From NCBI GenBank assembly GCA_010093705.1, contig MU006090.1, positions 248,001 to 312,000 on the forward strand: a DNA stretch of 64,000 bases. Direction: 5' to 3'. The DNA comes from Patellaria atrata CBS 101060. Its lineage: Eukaryota. The notes beneath the pieces are model-generated. The model was not told where the DNA came from, did not search any database, and saw only the letters and a program-made list of their open reading frames with translations. Positions 13,068 through 25,413 of the stretch are shown piece after piece (the first letter of the stretch is position 1; every line of letters starts with the position of its first letter). A program made the translations under genes and the position numbers.

Positions 13068-13871
13068 AACACGGTCAACCAACACTATGTTTTCATCCTG
13101 TCAACTGGGTTCACCGGCGTTGTCATGGTTTTTGCATCGTTCGCGAGTATTCGGCGTATGTCGGCGGAACTCTCAGTCATATTAAGGGGCGGAAGTCCCA
13201 TTCTTCGTTTCCGGTGTGGATCAGCTTTACGTATAATATTCTTTCTATACGTCAGCTCTACACTCTCACTTCTAGAGGTTTGTACTCTTAAGGAGTGTTG
13301 TCTCTATATTCGCGCGAAAATGGTACGGTATACGTCTTATAAATGACCGATAATAGATGTTCAATCTAATTGATTTCTCTTCCACTGCTGCGCGAAGAGA
13401 TATACTATTTGAAGCCTTGCGAGTTGAAGATATTGAAGTTGACAAAGAAAGGGCAAACCCGAAGCAATAGCCTTCTCTCTGGAGAAACTTCGGTAAATGT
13501 GTATACAAAGCGTATACAAAGCACAACTCCTATTCAAGAATAGTGATTCAACAAAATACTTTTCCGGGTCGTTGATATTCGTAGTAAAGCCCTCTCCCAA
13601 GTTTGTTCTTGACTGTCGAAGGACTATTGAACGAGATACTATTATAGAAGAGCAAGCATAACTAATTTTACGACCCTGAGCCATCCAATGCTACCTAAGC
13701 TTTCCCCCCTATTAAACCTATAAATTCCCACCCGAAGTAGTTGAATTTCATTACAAACACGGGGATTATCCTTAAAGACAGTGCAACCAGACCGTATTTC
13801 CCAAGTATTCGTTAACATCGTTAAATCGTAGTCTCTAATTAGTGGTGTAATGTATTATGAAAAGCGAAGTC

Positions 13872-16577
13872 TCATATGAATCCGAAGAATAAAATGAACG
13901 TTATCACTATTAGCACATGTGAATAAGTAAGTTGAGCCTGTTGAGATGCTGAACCTTCCCCGGTAGGTCTGACCACAGCCGATCCCGTTCTGGAAGGTAG
14001 GCGAGCAACGGTAGTCCTCAGCGCGATAGGCGAAGAACTGGCCTTCGATAATGTAATAGTTTCTGGCGAGAGGGTTGAAGGTGTTCCATTAACAACAAGA
14101 ACATTGGCGGATGGGCTCAATCCGATCGTAGTTCCTTCCACAGTTATCTCCCCGCCAGGAGTTAGTGTCTGACCAGCAATGATATAGGCCATCCCCGCGT
14201 TGGCCGAGTAGGTTTGGCCATCTACCGTGAGAAGAGGTGGATCCGTAGCTATTGTTCTAGCCCCATGAGATCCGTCAATGAGAGAAGTGGTACCATCAAT
14301 GACAACAGCAGTCGCTGAGGGTAGTAGAGATACTTCGGACCCATATACGGTGATAATTCCTCCAGGTGTCAATGTCTGATCAGAAACTACGTATATTGGT
14401 GAGTTGTTCTGCAAAGAATAAAGAGTACCATCTGCAGATAGGACTGGAGCGGGAGTAATGGTAGTAGCGCCTGCTAATGTTTGGGTTACGTCGCCAATAA
14501 TAACAGTCGATCCAAATGGCGGAAGATAGACAAATGTTGAGTCTACCGTAATAGCGCTTCCAGGAACTAATGTTTGATCGTCGATAATGAATGATGTTCC
14601 AACGGCTGTGATGACTGTACCATCGAAGACTAGGGCTGGCGGACGCGTTATTAGCGGGGGAGTCGACAGTATTCGTGTGGCGCCATTTATTACTATAGAC
14701 TTGACAGATCGAGAGACGGGGATTGTATGGCCTCCGATAATAAATGCTGTTCCTGGTTCTGGGGTGATGATCTTGCCCCCTATGTTTATAGCTGGCCGGC
14801 GGTTTGGTGTTGGACTTGGTCTAGGAAAGGAGGGTCTTGTAGGTGCTAGATCCCACGTAAAATGCGGAAGTGGAGTAGTAACGCCGTCAATGACCACTGC
14901 CGTTGCAGACGGTGGGAGCGAGATAGGTACACCCTCTACTGTTATGGGTGAACCACCAGGAACAACAAACTGCGTCCCGATGGCTATTCCAGAGGGGAAC
15001 AAAGTAGCTTCAGTGAGTATCACTGAAGGGGAAGGGGTAAGAGTGGGCATATGTGTGGACGTTAGATCATTTGCTATGACATTAGACAGAATACCACCAG
15101 TGACGGTACTACTATCACTACCGGCTGGGTTCGTTGGAAGGTCAACCCCGTCCTCTGACCATTCTCCATGAACTGTTGGTAAGAACAAAGTCCACGTGTA
15201 AAGGCTTCCCTGAGAACTGGTAGTGACAGAGGATTCGAAAGAAATGTTGATATTTGGTCCAGTTTGCCGAGGAACATCTGTTGGTACATCAAAGAAAGAC
15301 TCAGTGAATTCTCCATGTGCAAACTGGGGGATCGGCTCTCTGCTGATCGAGTGGAGGGTGCGAGTTGGAAAGTCTACGAGTGATTCCCTAGATTCGCCGT
15401 GGGCCTTGTGTGGGCAGCTTGTGCATGGCATCCAAGTGGATGATGGCTCTGCCTCCGGTCCAGGTGGCAGTGTCGGAAGATCGACTATAACTTCGCTTGA
15501 TTCTTGGTGTACGATAAAAGGGACATACGTATTGTAGATTACATTAACAACTACCAGAACGGTGGAAGGGGCTTTAAATTTCCCAGGCCGGCATGTTGAC
15601 TGAGGAATGTTCGCAACAAAATTAGAATCTACCGGCCCAGTAACTGTGATTTGACCATCAAAATCTTGATCTCCGGGAATTTCATAAGGGTACAATCTTG
15701 GGAGATGGTAAGTGTTCGTGACGGACTCGCATCGAACTGAGCCGTCCGCATCGGTGACCGGAATTTGGTTGAAAACTTCATACGCGGAATAATAAACAAA
15801 AGGAGTAGCGGAAGTGCTATAACACATTAGAAACGTTTAGAGGTAAAATATACGAGCTTACATCACAAGAGAACTATTGGAAGCTATATCTAGCACTGTG
15901 CTAGCCCTAGGAGGAGGATCAATGAGCAAAGTCTCCAAGCTTGTCTGTGGTACCGTAGTGGGAATTGGTAGGACAGCACTCTTCGTAACAATTGCTGTTG
16001 ATGCTGCCACGGGTCGGCCGCTGTAAAATGAGAATGAATCAACAGTGGAATTCACCAAAGGGTCCCAGGAAAGGATTGGAACGGCAATTGGTAAAGCTAA
16101 TGCGTGAGATACATTGAATGGAGTATCGACTGGAATCAACCTTTCTCCGATAATATTCCCATCTTCGTCACGAGCTATTCCGACTTCTGCAGCAACGTAA
16201 TCCAATGGATAAGGATGCCACCAACGGAGAGCCGCTTGCGGGACGTTTATAATACAATCAGGGACGCAGCGGCCATTGTCTATAAGGCTTGAACTATACG
16301 ATGGCGGCCTCGTGAAATTATTATACGGATATGATGTGTGATACGTGGGTCGAGGCGAAGGTGATTGATAAGACTCGTAAAGATACTTGGTGGGAGTCTG
16401 TTCGGTCGATGTCGTATTACACACTGAGACTAAATAATTAAGTTAACAAAAATATTAACTTGAAATAGCATGTTGCTTCCACAAACCATATCCTCGAGGG
16501 GCCAGTCGCTTGAAGCTTTCTGCGATTACAACTACAGCGCCGAACGCAGTTGATATCAAAACCCTGAACAGCAACAT
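13872..16577 (-). CDS. Secreted, probably GPI-anchored Ser/Thr/Pro-rich cell-surface protein with internal beta-rich repeats
   Basis: Signal peptide MLLFRVLISTAFGAVVVIA. Introns 16486-16430 and 15861-15817 join the three open frames. About five QTL-PGG-ITV-G--ISL-PS--VV-DG repeats. Hydrophobic tail after GEGSAS. Confidence 0.85.
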
Positions 16578-18628
16578 TATGCTTCGCTATTCACGAAAAG
16601 AGGATAAGCATTAGGAGTGGAAAAAGAAAGATGATAGTATTCATACGGCAAGTACAATAGCGAATGAATTGTACGTTGCACGAAATAAACGAGTGTCAAT
16701 TGAGCATAGAGTTACAGCGCAGCACAACAGAAGGTAATTACGACTCTACACTGAGCATTATGAGGATGCCCTCGAGCGAAGGTTTCTTCCTCTGGAAAGA
16801 TGTCAGGTAAGAGTCGGAGAAGTGGTTAGAGAACATATTAGGAGTGCGACATGACAGCTGACAGAAGTTTAGACAAAACGCTAAAAAGAATCCTACCAGA
16901 TAGGGTACGACAGTTCCCTGTTCTATAGTTTTTAGTTGAGATATTCTTTCGGATCTTGATTTCTTGAATGGTCCTGGACAAGGACGTGTACACTATAGCT
17001 CAAGCCAAAAGAAGGTTAGTATAGTACATTTGGAATTCGGCACAGGCTCACAGCTCAAGACTGCCAGTGCTCACAACGCTATCACCACAATGCCTAATTC
17101 CCTATCATCATTATTCTCCAACTGTGATCTGGTAGAGCCCTGAACATGACGGCGGAAGAAAGAATTAAACAAATCTAATTTCGAGCTGGACCTATCATGT
17201 CCTGCTCCACTCAACATCAAAATTTCGATTCCTCTTTAGCTTCTTTTGCAATTGAACACGCAATTGTCGAGTCATGAACCAGGCATTCAACGTCGATGAG
17301 TATGAAACAAAGATCAACGGACTGGGGCGATCCTTTCAGCCGGAACAAGCCCCCTCTGGAGACCTAAGAGTCTATCGAATGTGGAACACCACAACCGCTA
17401 ACCCACCAGCCCTGCCGGCCGGGAAAAAGAGTAGTTAGTGGACGCCCTGGGAGGTCGACGTGGCTGCACAGATCTCTGCCATTATTATTTCGATTCCTTG
17501 AGGATCAGATACCGTAGGCCTTACGGTCTTACAGTATCCTGATTGGCACTTCTTCTTTTCGGCTAGGGGAAAACAGGGAGTGAAGCTGAAGGCTTACGGC
17601 CTTGGGAATAACGAACACGGGCCGAAACATTCATGCTCTCTTTCTTGACCAACAACCGCTGGTCTCTGGTCAAATTCTCGTTGGCGAGAGTACTGTAGTC
17701 TGAGAGATGCTGGAGAACGCCCACCGTGCTCCTGGTCTGCCCCTTTTCGGTGGGATGCCTGAAACCAAAATCAAAACGATTTTAGGGGTGACGAAACAGA
17801 AGCCATTCCCGCGGTAGAAGCTTTGAATCCAGCCTCAGCTTTTACGCTTCGATGAGACGACGAAAGGCTAAGGGAGTATGCCAGGGCCGCCCTTTTGCGT
17901 GTGGGGTAGAACGTACGGTCATGTCAGGATATGACGAGGAAAAGAAAAGGCTACGACCACCATATCGCGAAGCAGACTCTAGGAAACTCAACACGATGAT
18001 ATAGAATGGTCAAGACACTGGATACACTTACAGCATCTACCATGATGAGGAAGCCTAAGGAGCGTGAGATACTGTAGGAGCTGTACCTATATTCTGGGTT
18101 TGTTCAGAGCTGTCAAAACCTTCGAAGATGCTCTAGTTCTACTCCATACTATGGTACTGGTACCGATATCAATAGGTAATTCTCCATTTTACCCGGCAGT
18201 GAATATGCTCATCATCCGAGCTTTACCTACTTTGGACATTTCGAGCGAGATCAAGAAATGCACAAACGCGATATAAATTAATTCTCAAAGTCCAGTCCAT
18301 ATGCGTTTCAGGCGGGAATCCCCTTGATGACTCTGGCCCCCGAACTGCCCAGGCCCAAGTCCCACCACATGGCTGCCGAGTCTTCTCCGCCTCTATGGTC
18401 ACTGTGGTCTTCCGCTCCAACGACTCTACAGCCTCGTCTCTGCTTCTACAACACCCTACACCCCAGCGAAGACTGCAGAGACTTGCAACCAGAAGTCTGC
18501 GAGGGTCGCAAGTTGTTTCGCCCTCACGAGCGCAGCAAAACTTGCCTATCAGCCATGACGACCGTCCATAGGACTTGATACGGCCCACTAGTTATCTCTA
18601 CCTGCGCTGTGTGCGCCGACGACAGAAC

Positions 18629-20761
18629 ATGTTCCGGTTAAAGCTATACTTTCTTGTTGTTGCCATCTGGCCTCTTATTGTAGGACCATGTGTTGCCCAG
18701 GAACTGGAACCTCGTGCGAACACAGTTCCCGATCCGATTTCTTTCGCTCCTGATCAGAACTGGGATGGAATAGATGGGGAGTGGTCGTCGTTTCCACTAA
18801 GAATCGGAACACCGCCCAAGATCGTTCGAGTATTTGTCTCTACTTCGAGCCAGCAAACTTGGGCAGTCCAGACGAATGGATGCCCATACGGTACTCAGGA
18901 AGAGAAGGTTGAGTGTCAATATCAACGTGGCTGGGTATTCAACTGGAACGACTCGTCTACCTGGGATGATATTGGCACATATAATACTTGGATCAACCGC
19001 CAACTCGGATACAACACCAATGCAGTTTATGGATATGATACGGTTGGGCTGGGAATGGATGAAGGAGAAGGCCCTTTGCTGGAAGATCAAGTCGTAGGAG
19101 CCATTGCTGGGAACCCGTACTGGTTAGGCATCTTCGGCGTCCATCCCAAACCGACCAATTTCAGTGGTTTGGGAAATATCACATCTCCGAGTTTTATGAG
19201 CACATTGAGGGAACAGAACCTGATCCCAAGTCTCTCTTTCGGCTTCACCGCTGGGGCCCGATATCAATTCACCGGCGTCCTTGCGAGTCTAACCCTCGGC
19301 GGATACGACAGCTCCAAGTTCATCCCTAACGATGTCTCCTTCGTTTTCAATCCCGACAATGAGCGAGAACTAACGGTAGGCCTCCGCTCAATAACTACAA
19401 CTAAAGACTCAGATGTTCAACTCCTGCCTGACCCTATCTATGCCTTCGTCGACTCCACCGTGCCCCACATCTGGCTTCCCATCGAAGCTTGCCGCATCTT
19501 CGAAGACACCTTCGGTCTTATCTATGACAACGTAACCGATCTCTACCTCGTCGAGGACGACTTGCACGACACGCTCCTCGAAGAAAACGCCAACATAACC
19601 TTCACCCTCGGCCGGGACCTCAAAACCGGCGCAACCGTCGACATAGTTTTCCCTTATGCAGCCTTCGACCTCACCGCCAAAGCCGGCTACTTCGGTCTGC
19701 GAGAGGACACGAAATACTTCCCGCTCCGCCGCGCACACAACAACACTCAATACACCCTCGGCCGCACTTTCCTGCAAGAGGCCTACGTGACCGTCGACTG
19801 GGAGCGTGCCAACTTCAACGTCTCACAGGTCAAATGGGTTCTCGGCGAACCGCAAAACATCGTCGCGATCCCGGCGGCACACGGATACCACAACTCGACC
19901 TCCCCGCCCTCCGAAGGGGGTTCCTCCTCTCCCGGCTCCGGCACCATCGCAGGCATCGCCCTCGGCGCCGTCGCCCTCGTCGTCGTCCTCATACTCGCAT
20001 TCCTCTACCACCGCCGACGCAGCAGAGCCGCAGCCCTGAACCTCAAACTCCAGCGCTCCATCTCCCCCGTCTCCACCCCGGCCACCGACCTAGACAAAAA
20101 GACCCCCGACACAACCGTCTTTCCCAAAGCCGAGCTCGACGCCACACAAACGGCCACAAAGCGCAACAGCAAAGACGCCCCCCTCTCCCCGCTCACCCCC
20201 GGCGCCGAAAGCACCCTCCTAAACACCCCCACGACACCCTTCTCGCCGGGCAGTCCCGGGTTCCCGGCGCCGGGCTCCCCGCTCTCCCCCGTCGAGGTCG
20301 AGGCGACGGAACGCGAGATCTTCGAGATGCCCGGCGACGTGCCGGCCGCGAGCGAGGCCGACGGCCGCATGTTCAGCGAGAAGGAAGCGATGGTGTACCG
20401 CGAGCGCATCTTCAACGGCGTCGATCCGGCTGAGAGCCAGTCGCCTACTTCCACCTCGCCGACCCGTGTTGACGCCGATAACGAGGCGCTGCCTACTTAT
20501 TCCTCTACTTCGGAGACGGAGGCGGGGACGCAGACGCATGGTTCTCAGACGAGGAGGATATCCCCCACAGACGTCGTAGAGGTAAATAGGAGGGCTTACC
20601 CCGTTTCCCCCGTCGAGCTGACGGATGCGCCTCTCAATGGTATGTTTTCGCCCTTAAGTCCCACCGAGGCGAGCGGGTGGCCTGTGGAAGGGCCTGTGAG
20701 TCCAATTGCGGGTATGGCGCCGCCGGGACCGCTTAGGAGGAGGTTTTCGTTTGAGGATTAG
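18629..20761 (+). CDS. Type I membrane protein with pepsin-like (A1) ectodomain, probably catalytically inactive
   Basis: Signal peptide; IGTPP, SLTLGGYDSSKF, AFVDSTVPHIWLP and YTLGRTFLQEAYVTVDWER motifs; TM helix IAGIALGAVALVVVLILAFLY followed by RRRSR; long S/P-rich tail. Intronless. Confidence 0.9.
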   Translation: MFRLKLYFLVVAIWPLIVGPCVAQELEPRANTVPDPISFAPDQNWDGIDGEWSSFPLRIGTPPKIVRVFVSTSSQQTWAVQTNGCPYGTQEEKVECQYQRGWVFNWNDSSTWDDIGTYNTWINRQLGYNTNAVYGYDTVGLGMDEGEGPLLEDQVVGAIAGNPYWLGIFGVHPKPTNFSGLGNITSPSFMSTLREQNLIPSLSFGFTAGARYQFTGVLASLTLGGYDSSKFIPNDVSFVFNPDNERELTVGLRSITTTKDSDVQLLPDPIYAFVDSTVPHIWLPIEACRIFEDTFGLIYDNVTDLYLVEDDLHDTLLEENANITFTLGRDLKTGATVDIVFPYAAFDLTAKAGYFGLREDTKYFPLRRAHNNTQYTLGRTFLQEAYVTVDWERANFNVSQVKWVLGEPQNIVAIPAAHGYHNSTSPPSEGGSSSPGSGTIAGIALGAVALVVVLILAFLYHRRRSRAAALNLKLQRSISPVSTPATDLDKKTPDTTVFPKAELDATQTATKRNSKDAPLSPLTPGAESTLLNTPTTPFSPGSPGFPAPGSPLSPVEVEATEREIFEMPGDVPAASEADGRMFSEKEAMVYRERIFNGVDPAESQSPTSTSPTRVDADNEALPTYSSTSETEAGTQTHGSQTRRISPTDVVEVNRRAYPVSPVELTDAPLNGMFSPLSPTEASGWPVEGPVSPIAGMAPPGPLRRRFSFED

Positions 20762-21188
20762 GGGTCATAGGTCGTGTAGAGGGAGAGGTGGGATTTTGTC
20801 AGGTTCGCGATGGGCGTTTTTGGGATTTGGAGGCGATATACCTGTATGTCTTGATGATTATGAGTATTCTTTCTTCGGATCTTGGGATTTATAAAAGAGT
20901 CCGGGGGTGGGGAGGGTGTTTTGTTTAATGTCTGCCTTATCCTATGTGTGTATGGTATTCATGTGCCACACCACCATTCAATCATTCAACACCTATTTTT
21001 GTAGGTAATACCACGTAACATCATCAGCACAAAGACCTGTCGAACACTCATTGATATATTTCAATTTTGTGGACGCTTGCACCGTATAGTAAGGTGAACA
21101 CAAACAACATCGTATCTAGCAGACTACCATCTACCCTTTACCCACAAAGGCACTCCTCTAGACAAGTCCACCATAACACTTCAACAAC

Positions 21189-21832
21189 CTATCTCACATC
21201 CTCCCTCACATCATCATTGCCCCCCCTCCTCTCCGCATCCCTCATCGCCTTCGCCTCCGGCGCACCGACACCGGAGCCGAAATCAGCCACTTTCAGTGGC
21301 CTAGACGACATCAGTACACTCATTATATCAACCTTTGGGTCTTTGGAATGAAAGGGTTAGGTGAAATTGGGGGGATGGGATTATATGAGAGGGCCTTACC
21401 GTCCCGTATCCGGATACACACCGCCGCCCTCCGACTCAGGGATCTCGCGGTTTTGACCTGCGCCGGAGGCGGCGGAGCCGTATGTGACGTCTGCGCCGGG
21501 AAATTTGTGGCGAACGGTGTCGTCGACGCCGGATTCGGTTGCTGAGGGGGGTGGGTTAGTCTTGTATCCTATGTTGAGCTAAGGTATTTGGGCCGGTGAC
21601 TGGGGGATAGAGGACGAGGGAGAGAAGGGTATGAGTGGGTATCTTGTAAGATATGAAAGGAAGTTGTTTGGGAGAGATCGGGGAAAGTAAACATACTTGA
21701 ATCACCCGCCGCCTTCTTATACGTGTTCAACCCGCTCGCATCATCGCCGACCTTCGCTCCGTAAGAGTTGAGGTCTTGTTCCGCTTTCTTAGCGATATCG
21801 AGGGGGTTTTGGCCTTGGTATTCGCGAGACAT
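21189..21832 (-). CDS. Small Gly-rich hydrophilic fungal protein (hydrophilin-like)
   Basis: Introns 21696-21542 and 21399-21301 give MSREYQGQNPLDIAKKAEQDLNS...TTESGVDDTVRHKFPGADVTYGSAASGAGQNREIPESEGG...GAPEAKA...RGGNDDVREDVR*. Confidence 0.85.
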
Positions 21833-22499
21833 GGTTGTGATTATATGAGGCTTTTTTAGGATATCAAATTGGAATTGTTGGTTGAGATAGTGAGAATTGA
21901 GAGGCTTTGGATTGTATGAGAGGAATTGTCTGAAGAATGTTTTGGAGTGAGGTGTGGAGGTTTATGTTTATTTCGAAGCTGTGGAGCATACTTACGTCAG
22001 GATGAAGCATGATGCAGGTGATGTCAGGGGCAAAAGGGTCCCTCATCCACCATGTCCAATGAGGAAATAGGGGTCCCGCAAATCACCACATATACAAAGC
22101 AAGATTAATTTAGAGGAACTGGTGTATCATCGGGTATGGTGATCATCTGAGGGTGAGAATGAAAAGATAATGTGTGGAATACTCAAAGGGAAGATAGGAG
22201 AAATAGCTCTAGCTAAAACTATTCCAAACAAACATAGTTGCAATAGTATCTGCTCACAGGAAAGTGTGCCCTTACTGAAACTGTATAGAATATTTTGCGA
22301 GAGGAAACCTGAAATTCTCCTCGAGATATAAGATAAATCACATATCATCCATTTCACGTGAATCGTCGAATATACGAGCCCCTCATCCGCTACCAGGCGG
22401 CGACGCAAACAAATCATCCTCTAACCCATGAAACTTCTCATAAAAATCTTTCAAATCTTTCCAGATTCAAATTTAGGAAACTAAATGAGAAGAACACGC

Positions 22500-24055
<1,556 letters not shown>

Positions 24056-25413
24056 GGTCTGTGAAAGCTGCAATTGCGAAGTGTGGATGGAGGAGGGGCA
24101 GTGAGGATCGAGATTGAGTCAGATAGACTGGTGAACTGCGAAGTATAATATAAACTTGTCGGCTAGGGGAGGATCCACCCAGGGCTGTTACAGCGTAGAT
24201 AACCGCCAAAGGGGTTCGTTCGACTGTTTCGAGCGTGCGTTGCAGAGGTGTTGTGGAGGGGCCGTTTTTTTCCAGGTCCTGATCAACACGATGGAGAGGA
24301 GTAAGTAGAGGTACCTCGTACCGTACTTCGTAGCGTGAAGCGAGGGATAGCAAACAAGAAGGATGGGAGCTATAGGTTCAAGATGATAACTAAAACGACA
24401 ATGAGTGTTATGTCTTGCGAGGAAAAGGTGAGATAGAAGTAATGATGTGGGCAATCAGGGTCGCGAGGACAAAGTTACTATTGGTTCCGGTGTAGTGAGA
24501 CCCTAATGATCCCCTGGTAGGCAAAGAGTACCTACGGCGGTAAATAGTGATGAAAGGGATTCTTGTGATTCTTGCGTTTCTTGGGATGGAGGGGGAATAG
24601 AACCCCCCATAAGCGGTTGAGGGGACCACTTGGGGAATGAGGGGAGGCCCTTGGGGTGCTGTACAGTACCAGGCTGAAGTAAACGCAAAGCTCGAGAAGG
24701 GGCAAGCACCGCTACATGCCCGCTCTACCGCTCAGCTCTAAACGCCAGAAGACGCCAGAGAAACGCCAGAGGGTTTAGTTTCACTTCCAAGGGCTCCCGG
24801 TGTTCCTTCAATTCAGCCTTACCCACACTGTGCCACCGCAAGATGCCTTCATTATCCATCATATTGATGCCTGGAAATGTCGGGCGTGCTACCAGAAAAT
24901 TCTGCCCTCGACCCACCGTCTCTACACGTAGACATACATATGCCATGATAGTAGCAACCGTAGAATCGACGATAGAGGAAGTCCAATGGAAGCTGCATTC
25001 AGGTGCTTGGTTGCCTTATTATGAGAGCTGTAGCAGACAAACCTCGCCTGTACGATATGGTTTCAGAACCTTTATCGTTCTTCCAGGTTTACATTATAGA
25101 ACAAAACTGGAAGATCGTAGAGTATCATTGGACTGATAGGAAGTCAAAAACAGTAGGAATTCAGCCGACCATTCGTTGAACGTAACGTCAGCTAAATTCG
25201 TAGCCCTATAAATCTGTATAACACGACTCCCAGCTCAAGCATACCCATGCGAGCACTGTAACCTGAAACGCCGCATAAGTACGTTTTCGTGCCGAACCAA
25301 AGCAAAGGACCATCCCGCGTATACTGTACATTTTCCCTAAAACGTTGCGTGAAGAATTCGTGAAATAGCGATTCCCCTTACCTTTACTGTTTTCGAACAT
25401 TGAAATGTCAGTC

